Part shown: in pieces, positions 1-6,248 of the stretch | Numbering within the stretch: the stretch's first letter is position 1 | Layout of the letters: each line of letters begins with the position of its first letter | Assembly (NCBI GenBank): GCA_019057635.1 | Contig: DXJL01000070.1 | Location: 1-10,032, forward strand | Source of the DNA: Candidatus Heimdallarchaeota archaeon | Lineage (GTDB): Archaea > Asgardarchaeota > Heimdallarchaeia > Hodarchaeales > Hodarchaeaceae | Direction of reading: 5' to 3' | DNA: 10,032 nucleotides | Notes under the pieces: model-generated | What the model was told of the DNA's origin: nothing | The model's database searches: none | Seen by the model: the letters and a program-made list of their open reading frames with translations, nothing else | Program-made: the position numbers and the translations under genes

Positions 1-16
1 AAAAACCTAGCATAAA

Positions 17-1279
17 ATGGGAATGCGAGCCAAAAAACAGACAAAACCTCAGCTGACAATAAGAATCCAAATGAAATCGCGGCCCATCTTTGTGGATCTG
101 TGTACACGAGCGAAAAACTTGTATAATAGAGCTACATACCAGGTACGACAAGAATTCTTTGAAACAGGGAACTGGTTACAGTATACCGCTCTTTATCATC
201 AATTAAAGCATGAACCAGTGTATCTGGCGTTAAAGGAAATTTCAGATAGCTATCTCCCTCAACAAGTCCTCCGTCAGGTTGAGCAAACCTGGAGAAGCTA
301 CTTTAATGCGCTTAAAGTCTGGAAAAAAGAATCCAGCAAATTTCTTGGACGCCCTCGTCTTCCAGGCTATAAAGCAAAAAATGGTCTTCATATGCTTAGC
401 TTTTCAAGACCCCGCGTCCGAATCCGAGGAACAGAAATATTATTTGCACGAAATTTAATGGCTCGTGGCTTTCCTACGTTTCCAGTTGGAAATCTACCTG
501 TTTCGAGAGAAACCTGCGCAGGCGCTAGATTAGTGCCGTTTTATGATCGATTTGTGGTTGAGCTTCTGTATGAAACACAAGCCCAGCCATTCCCCCCATT
601 TGAAAATTCTTCCAGGGCTATTGGTATAGATCTTGGAATTACTAACCTCGTAGCTACGTCAGACGGCTTACTCGTCAAAGGCGGGGTAGTAAAAACCATC
701 AATCAATGGTACAATAAGCAATTAGCATATTATAAAGCACTCGCAAAAAAACACAACCAGAAAACCACCACATGTCGAATGAAACGGATGCATCGTGTCC
801 GCGCGAATAAGATCAATGATTATTTCCATCAAACCTCTCGAATGATTATTAATCACTGTTTGCAGCACAATATTAACACCCTTGTAATTGGTTACAATAC
901 TCTTTGGAAACAGCATTGTAATTTGGGAAAGCGGAGTAACCAATCATTTGTCCAAATACCATTTCATAAATTGCTCCATATGCTTGAATATAAAGCTAAA
1001 TTAGGGGGTATTACCGTTATTCGTGTTTCAGAAGCATATACTTCTCAACAATGTAGTGGCTGTGGAATAATTGATAAAAGAAATCGTAGATCACGAGGAT
1101 TGTACCATTGTCGTTCCTGTGGTCTTCGTCTTAACGCCGATCATAACGCAGCCATTAATATTTTTCAGCGTTTATCTGCTGATAAACAAGTAGTCCCTTC
1201 GGTCAGTTCAAACTCTGTTTGTTCTGATCAGCCGGATAGGGGATGTGTGACTCATCCTGTCGTGACTCAAAAAGTTTAA
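17..1279 (+). CDS. tnpB: RNA-guided endonuclease TnpB (IS200/IS605 family), rearranged RuvC-II type
   Basis: 420 aa. N-terminal KNLYN and PQQVLRQV..W.SYF motifs; RuvC-I AIGIDLG (D205); LVIGYN..WKQ with G292 at the usual RuvC-II Glu position; alternative Glu in VSEAYTSQ (E339); Zn ribbon CSGC (346-349) / CRSC (365-368); RuvC-III NADHNAAINI (D375). The start could be M1 or M3. Confidence 0.95.
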   Translation: MGMRAKKQTKPQLTIRIQMKSRPIFVDLCTRAKNLYNRATYQVRQEFFETGNWLQYTALYHQLKHEPVYLALKEISDSYLPQQVLRQVEQTWRSYFNALKVWKKESSKFLGRPRLPGYKAKNGLHMLSFSRPRVRIRGTEILFARNLMARGFPTFPVGNLPVSRETCAGARLVPFYDRFVVELLYETQAQPFPPFENSSRAIGIDLGITNLVATSDGLLVKGGVVKTINQWYNKQLAYYKALAKKHNQKTTTCRMKRMHRVRANKINDYFHQTSRMIINHCLQHNINTLVIGYNTLWKQHCNLGKRSNQSFVQIPFHKLLHMLEYKAKLGGITVIRVSEAYTSQQCSGCGIIDKRNRRSRGLYHCRSCGLRLNADHNAAINIFQRLSADKQVVPSVSSNSVCSDQPDRGCVTHPVVTQKV

Positions 1280-1290
1280 TTATTTTTTTT
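1170..1290 (+). ncRNA. putative TnpB omegaRNA (reRNA) scaffold plus guide, overlapping the tnpB 3' end
   Basis: Three consecutive hairpins: GTTTATC-tgct-GATAAAC (1170-1187); GGTCAG-tt-CAAAC-tct-GTTTG-tt-CTGATC (1201-1229, one G-U pair); GATA-gg-GGATG-tgtgact-CATCC-TGTC (1235-1261). They lie in the poorly conserved C-terminal tail after RuvC-III, where omegaRNAs are known to sit. Boundaries approximate. Confidence 0.65.
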
Positions 1291-1291
1291 T
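1283..1291 (+). terminator. oligo-T tract, possible archaeal-type terminator or omegaRNA 3' end
   Basis: T9 run beginning 4 nt after the tnpB stop codon. Confidence 0.4.
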
Positions 1292-1338
1292 GTCCGACAA
1301 ATTCAGTCATGTGTATTTACCTTCTCGAAGAGATGTTT

Positions 1339-1343
1339 GAGGT
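1339..1343 (+). promoter_or_regulatory. Shine-Dalgarno-like GAGGT
   Basis: GAGGT lies 6 nt upstream of the TTG start at 1350, which supports that start. Confidence 0.5.
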
Positions 1344-1349
1344 ATTGTT

Positions 1350-1733
1350 TTGAACGAATCAACTGAAGGTTTCCGTCCGCTTTTGAATGAAGTTTTCGAT
1401 CAGAATTCACAAGTTCTAATGATTTCTCTAACGACTCCTGAAGGATTACCTATAGTTCTTCTTTCTCGGGAAGATTCGGGTATTGAAGAGATTACTGATA
1501 TTAGTATTACTAATCGGTATGCCGCTCTAGTTGGAGCAAGTACATCCTTAGGTGATCGTACATTGTCTACTTTAAGTCAGGAAACTGTCCGATTAATACA
1601 TGTCCAAGGAGAATCTCGAGATATTGCGATTTCAATGGCTGAAAAGGTAATCACTCTTGTAATTACTGAACCTAGTGGAAGTGCCAACCTCTTGGCGGAA
1701 AAACTTGCCAATGCCCTAAAAATACACATGTAA
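1350..1733 (+). CDS. Roadblock/LC7 (MglB/LAMTOR-like) domain protein
   Basis: 127 aa, TTG start. Helix, then VLMISLTTPEGLPI (the roadblock strand-DG/EG-LPI hairpin), long helix RYAALVGASTSLGDRTLSTL, strands VRLIHVQGE / DIAIS / ITLVIT, and a terminal helix. Confidence 0.85.
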   Translation: MNESTEGFRPLLNEVFDQNSQVLMISLTTPEGLPIVLLSREDSGIEEITDISITNRYAALVGASTSLGDRTLSTLSQETVRLIHVQGESRDIAISMAEKVITLVITEPSGSANLLAEKLANALKIHM

Positions 1734-1738
1734 ATTCG

Positions 1739-3697
1739 GTGGAAGTTTTGAATAGTCACATGGAATGGTTTCATCTCTTGGAAAATGCCCTGGAACATAC
1801 CATGGTTGAAGTTGCAGATCAGCCTATTGACTCAGCGTTTTTACTTTCTATAGAAGATGACAAATCAAAATTCCTCTTCAACAAAGCAAGAATCGATAAA
1901 AAGTATATTGCAATTTTTGATAAAGCGTGGTCTATCTTAGCACAAATTCTAACAAATGAACTTCAGCTTTCTAGTTGGAAGACACTAACAATATCTGGAC
2001 GGTCACGAGCATTATCTATCAAACTGCTCACTCCTTTTCCAAAAATATATCTGACACTGATCCATGATATAAATCTAGATACTAACGATTTCATGCAGAT
2101 AATGATGAAACATATCCTTGATCTTGGATATAAAACAAAATATGAAACAGCAGGAATGATTGCATCGGAAGGGTATCCAATATGGGTTCTGTCGGAAACT
2201 CAACAAGTTGATGAATATCTTTTCGCCATTTCGATATCTTCCTTACTTACTCTTGTTGAGCGCATAGATATGGAAGTAGCGGCGGGTGGAGTATCTACGT
2301 GTATTGTCTATGGTAATGAAGATTTACAACTAGATGTGGTATTTAATCCGAGTAAGGATCTGGTATTTGCTGTAACTCAGAGGACATCAGAAGAAACAGT
2401 TGGGATTGATGAAGGATTAAAGATGATCTATGAGAATATAACAGATCCCATTTTATATAGTGCACACGTTCCAGAAACTGAAAATCCAGAACGCGATAAA
2501 ATTTTATCGGAATTACGGGAAGAGAATTCAGGAGAAATAACAGAAGAAGAAATGCAAAGTCTCAATATATTTGACACTGAAACTCTTGATTCATTAGTAA
2601 ATGAAATTATGAGTGTGGCTCGAAATTTTGGGGCAAATGAGATTTCTCTAGGCTACCTACGAAAACGGATGAAATTGCCCTCTGAAGTTCTCCATATGGC
2701 CCTTGAATATTTGATCACTAATGGGGCCTTTTTAGGGAAGATTGGTCGAGAAAAACATTCAGGGAAAGAAATTTTGTTAGTTCAACCTCAGAAAATTCGA
2801 ACCGAGGACGAGATTAACGTTATACAAAATATCCAACAACAAGTAAACGATTTATTCTTGCCATTAGATCCTTTTCTTACACAATTACCTGTTGTTCAAC
2901 CAATTGTTAATACAGAAGTAATTTCTGAAGCCTTATCGGAGTTCCACGTTTTACAATCATTATCGGATACTGATTCATTGTTTCTTCTCTCAGCAGATTT
3001 GCGTATATTAGCTAGTCAAATAGAAAGATCAGTTATGACAATTTCTATGCTGCAAGAACAAGTGACAGAAAATCAAGAGAATATTACCTTTGTTCAAGAG
3101 TTGAAGGGAAGACTTGACAAACAAATTGAAAAATTTACAGACCAGCGCACAGCAATTGCTACTTCAGCAAAAAAATTATTCTCGGATCTATTGAACTCTT
3201 ATCGAATATTGTTAAAAATACTCCCTACTCCAAGTAGTATAAAATATAACAAGGCCATAGACAAAATATCTCTCGTTTTTAAGTGTAATCATGCCTTATG
3301 TAAACAGTTCCTATATAAATATGATGATACTATCGGGTGGAGCAAAATTGTCTATTTTGCCCAAGTTTTAAAGATTATAGAATCATTTCCAGAGGGCTGG
3401 GAACAATTAGATCAGGAAAAAATGTCTATAATTGATACGCTCTTCTCCAAATTACAGAACATTTCTGATTCAGATCAGCAAATCGCATCCCTTGAATCTT
3501 TTTCCTTTCTCAATGAATTAGATGAATTAATTGTGTCCAATGGAGAACGAGATAAAATGATCAACTCATTACGGCAAGCTCTTGATCAATCAAATAATCA
3601 AGCAGATTATTATACAGTGTTTAGACAGTGTAATAACTGTCAGAAGTGGTATTGTTCGAAACACATCCGCTCTAACGAGCTCTGCATATATTGTTAA
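1739..3697 (+). CDS. uncharacterised multidomain protein: tandem roadblock-like domains, PCI-like winged helix, coiled coil, C-terminal Zn finger
   Basis: 652 aa, GTG start 5 nt after the upstream stop (alternative ATG at 1760). Clear roadblock at aa ~115-232 (AGMIASEGYPI...LFAISISSLLTLVERIDMEVAAGGVSTCIVYG); degenerate roadblock at aa ~10-128; ISLGYLRKRMKLPSEVLHMALEYLITNGAFLGKI at aa 302-335; heptad-like helices at aa ~415-490; C516, C521 and CNNCQKWYCSKH-x6-CIYC at the C-terminus. The CDS is solid; the domain calls are by eye. Confidence 0.75.
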   Translation: MEVLNSHMEWFHLLENALEHTMVEVADQPIDSAFLLSIEDDKSKFLFNKARIDKKYIAIFDKAWSILAQILTNELQLSSWKTLTISGRSRALSIKLLTPFPKIYLTLIHDINLDTNDFMQIMMKHILDLGYKTKYETAGMIASEGYPIWVLSETQQVDEYLFAISISSLLTLVERIDMEVAAGGVSTCIVYGNEDLQLDVVFNPSKDLVFAVTQRTSEETVGIDEGLKMIYENITDPILYSAHVPETENPERDKILSELREENSGEITEEEMQSLNIFDTETLDSLVNEIMSVARNFGANEISLGYLRKRMKLPSEVLHMALEYLITNGAFLGKIGREKHSGKEILLVQPQKIRTEDEINVIQNIQQQVNDLFLPLDPFLTQLPVVQPIVNTEVISEALSEFHVLQSLSDTDSLFLLSADLRILASQIERSVMTISMLQEQVTENQENITFVQELKGRLDKQIEKFTDQRTAIATSAKKLFSDLLNSYRILLKILPTPSSIKYNKAIDKISLVFKCNHALCKQFLYKYDDTIGWSKIVYFAQVLKIIESFPEGWEQLDQEKMSIIDTLFSKLQNISDSDQQIASLESFSFLNELDELIVSNGERDKMINSLRQALDQSNNQADYYTVFRQCNNCQKWYCSKHIRSNELCIYC

Positions 3698-3759
3698 CAA
3701 AGTTTAGACCGAATCAAATAAAAAAATCCCACACGATTCCTCCAGGAAAGATATTTCTC

Positions 3760-4551
3760 ATGGCACTAGTGGCTGGTATAGATATTGGTTCAATTACGGC
3801 AAAAATTATTGTCCTAGATACCAACGAAAATTCTAATAAGAAATCCTTCTCTCAATTAAAGAAAGTGGGATACGCTCCAGGTAATATCGCAAGTGGACTA
3901 ATAACGAGCGCTCAATCATTTCACACTGGACAAAAAATCGATTATATAGTATCTACGGGGTATGGCCGCAAATTAGTTGAGAATGCGGATAAAACTATTA
4001 CTGAGATAACATGTCATGCAGTGGGGGCTCATCATTCAGATCCTTCTATTCAAACGATTATAGATATCGGGGGTCAGGACTCAAAAGTGATTCGAGTTAA
4101 TGAACAAGGTCAGGTTCAGGATTTTGAGATGAATGATAAATGCTCTGCTGGATCAGGAAGATTTTTAGAAGTCATGGCTAATGCGCTGGAAGTTTCAATT
4201 GAGGAATTTGGATCCTTAGGACTCAGATCCACCTCTCCAAGCAAGATTTCAAGCACATGTACTGTATTCGCCGAATCAGAGGTTATTTCACGAATAAACC
4301 AAGGGGCAAATCGTAATGATATTGTTGCTGGAATTCACGAGTCTATTGTAAATAAAATTATCGCTCTGACTGCTCGAGTGGGAATTCAACCTGAAATATC
4401 TTTGACTGGTGGGGTTGCATTAAATCCTGCAGTACAAACTATGCTCGAAAGAGAATTAGAGGTTAAACTCAAAATACCAGCTGAACCTCAGATGAATGGA
4501 GCTTTTGGTGCTGCACTATTAGCTCAAAGATACTACTCAAAACTGGTTTGA
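3760..4551 (+). CDS. 2-hydroxyacyl-CoA dehydratase activase (HgdC/FldI/HadI; BadF/BadG/BcrA/BcrD ASKHA ATPase family)
   Basis: Motifs AGIDIGS, STGYGR, EITCHA, IDIGGQDSK, MNDKCSAGSGRFLE, STCTVFAESE, GGVALN and GAFGAAL; both [4Fe-4S] Cys are present. ATG at 3760 is preferred to TTG at 3691 because the family begins just before GIDIG. Confidence 0.93.
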   Translation: MALVAGIDIGSITAKIIVLDTNENSNKKSFSQLKKVGYAPGNIASGLITSAQSFHTGQKIDYIVSTGYGRKLVENADKTITEITCHAVGAHHSDPSIQTIIDIGGQDSKVIRVNEQGQVQDFEMNDKCSAGSGRFLEVMANALEVSIEEFGSLGLRSTSPSKISSTCTVFAESEVISRINQGANRNDIVAGIHESIVNKIIALTARVGIQPEISLTGGVALNPAVQTMLERELEVKLKIPAEPQMNGAFGAALLAQRYYSKLV

Positions 4552-5522
4552 TCATGGTAACAAACCTCTATAATGGATTAACCCTCCAAGAAGTGCAAAC
4601 AACTCTTTCTAAGATTCGTCCATACGTGTTACGAACCCCAATTATTAGAGGTTATGCCTTAGAGGCACTACTCAATAAAAAAGTGTATTATAAATTAGAA
4701 TATCTCCAACCAACACGATCCTTCAAAGTGAGAGGAGCCTGTTCAAAAGTCCTATCACTAGAACATTGCGAAGGTGTTGTAACAGCAAGCGGTGGTAATC
4801 ACGGACTAGCTGTGTCTTATATTTGTAATGAACTTAAAATCCCCGCAATCGTTTATCTTCCTTCAAATACGACAAAAGAAAAAATTGAATCTATAAGATT
4901 CTGGGGGGGTACACCAGTACTACACGGTTCGTCTTGGGATGAAGCTGATGTAAAAGCGCAGGAATATTCGAAAGAGATGAAATTACCGTATGTTCATGCA
5001 TTTGATGATCTAGCTGTGGTTCGTGGACAGGGGACTACTGCAATTGAAATGTTGAATGAACAATCAGATCTCGATGCCATTTTTGTTTCAGTCGGGGGAG
5101 GTGGTTTAATTAGTGGAGTTGGAATGGTTGCGAAACAAATGAAACCTGAAGTCCATATTTATGGTATAGAAACAATTGGTGCTCATGCTGTCACTCTAAG
5201 TTTCAAATCAGGAAAAATTGAGCGTTTATCCGCGATAACCAGTATAGCAAAAACCTTGGGTGCCCAACAAACCACAGAGGATACCCTAGCTCGAATCAAA
5301 GTCAGTGTCAATGATATGCAAACAGTAACTGATCAGTCAGCATTAAATGCACTCAGATTTTTACTGGATGAAGAAAAAATATTGGTGGAACCAGCTACCT
5401 CATGTATTGTGGCAGCATTACTTGATCAAAAGTTCGATTTGTCCCAATACGAGAAAATAGGAATAATTCTCTGTGGAGCAAATGTTTCACTGCGAGAATT
5501 GCAGGACTGGAATATAATATAG
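4548..5522 (+). CDS. PLP-dependent threonine/serine dehydratase (fold type II; no C-terminal ACT domain)
   Basis: SFKVRGA (PLP lysine), TASGGNHG, GQGT, SVGGGGLISG, LVEPA and LCGAN motifs. Start is either TTG 4548 (TTGA overlap with the upstream stop) or ATG 4554. Confidence 0.9.
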   Translation: MIMVTNLYNGLTLQEVQTTLSKIRPYVLRTPIIRGYALEALLNKKVYYKLEYLQPTRSFKVRGACSKVLSLEHCEGVVTASGGNHGLAVSYICNELKIPAIVYLPSNTTKEKIESIRFWGGTPVLHGSSWDEADVKAQEYSKEMKLPYVHAFDDLAVVRGQGTTAIEMLNEQSDLDAIFVSVGGGGLISGVGMVAKQMKPEVHIYGIETIGAHAVTLSFKSGKIERLSAITSIAKTLGAQQTTEDTLARIKVSVNDMQTVTDQSALNALRFLLDEEKILVEPATSCIVAALLDQKFDLSQYEKIGIILCGANVSLRELQDWNII

Positions 5523-5551
5523 AAAATTGTAGAAATACAAGAGGAATAAAA

Positions 5552-6055
5552 ATGGATACATTAGAACTACTAAAAAGTCGTAGAAGTATAAGAAAATACA
5601 AATCTACTCCTGTAGAAGAAGAAAAAATTCAGAAATGTCTTGAGGCGGCTCAATGGGCGCCTTCAGCGTCAAACAAACAACCTTGGGAGTTTATGATTGT
5701 AACCGATACTGAATTTCGGAAAAAGATGGCTGCCGTTCACCCTTATGCAAAATTTATTACTGAAAGTCCAGTTGTCTTTGTTCCACTCACGGATCCGAGG
5801 ATACATGCTGATTACCATCAATCAGATACCGCTCTTGCCACGATGCAATTCATGATTATGGCCCATTCTCTGGGGTTGGGTACCTGCTGGGCTGGAGTTA
5901 TTAATAAATCTCTAATTGAAAATGAGATTAAACAAATGCTAAATATTCCTGAAAAATTACGAGTATTAGCATTGGTTGCGGTGGGTTATCCTGATCACTC
6001 AAGGACTTCCTCGCGAAAGTCTTTGGATAGTTTAGTTCATTATGAGACCTATTGA
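5552..6055 (+). CDS. nitroreductase family protein
   Basis: 167 aa with RRSIRKY, APSASNKQPWEF, AHSLGLGTCW and VAVGYP motifs; GAGGA upstream of the ATG. Confidence 0.93.
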   Translation: MDTLELLKSRRSIRKYKSTPVEEEKIQKCLEAAQWAPSASNKQPWEFMIVTDTEFRKKMAAVHPYAKFITESPVVFVPLTDPRIHADYHQSDTALATMQFMIMAHSLGLGTCWAGVINKSLIENEIKQMLNIPEKLRVLALVAVGYPDHSRTSSRKSLDSLVHYETY

Positions 6056-6067
6056 ACATGAAATCGG

Positions 6068-6218
6068 GTAAGTTTCTGTGGTATCGACAAGAGTTATAAT
6101 TCTAGGTTCAATAAATTCTTTGAACCTCTTGTGTTCTGAAGGTATATGTCTGAGCATCAGAATCCGAATCTGATCATTAGGATGAATAATCCGTTCGAGG
6201 AAGAGGTTCACTACTTAC
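6068..6218. other. structured intergenic element between convergent genes (possible ncRNA or 3' UTR element)
   Basis: Perfect 10-bp inverted repeat TGAACCTCTT (6121-6130) / AAGAGGTTCA (6201-6210); competing hairpin AGGTTCAA (6104-6111) / TTGAACCT (6120-6127); inner stems TTCTGA/TCAGAA (6134-6139 / 6157-6162), ATCAGA/TCTGAT (6156-6161 / 6169-6174) and GGAT/ATCC (6180-6192); outer GTAAGT/ACTTAC (6068-6073 / 6213-6218). Confidence 0.45.
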
Positions 6219-6248
6219 ATTTGAGTCGGTAATAAAATTAGGAACTAA

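Larger units (their letters stand above)
1..1311 (+). mobile_element. IS200/IS605-family (possibly IS1341-like tnpB-only) element; left end outside the window, right end approximate
   Basis: Contains tnpB and a structured 3' end. Only 16 nt upstream are visible, so presence of tnpA and the left end cannot be judged. A candidate right-end tetranucleotide TCAA lies at 1267-1270. Confidence 0.6.

Noticed and set aside
884-898. tnpB as catalytically dead because RuvC-II Glu is replaced by Gly
   Set aside because: A compensating Glu is present in SEAYTS (E339) and both catalytic Asp residues are intact.
722-943. 73-aa minus-strand ORF
   Set aside because: Antisense shadow inside tnpB with no recognisable motif.
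17-1349. tnpB as a Cas12f-like CRISPR effector
   Set aside because: No repeat-spacer array or cas gene is visible downstream; sequence upstream of the window cannot be assessed.
1577-1798. 73-aa minus-strand ORF
   Set aside because: Antisense to the two roadblock genes; no independent support.
3691-3759. 23-aa N-terminal extension of the activase from TTG 3691
   Set aside because: This family starts immediately before the GIDIG motif, so ATG 3760 fits better. The longer start is not strictly excluded because it overlaps the upstream stop.
5395-5601. 68-aa minus-strand ORF
   Set aside because: Antisense overlap with two well-supported genes.
6130-6200. Hammerhead ribozyme or C/D-box sRNA, suggested by three TCTGA motifs and AGGATGA
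   Set aside because: CTGATCA is not CUGAUGA and no GAAA follows the stem; no complete C-D'-C'-D box order is visible on either strand.
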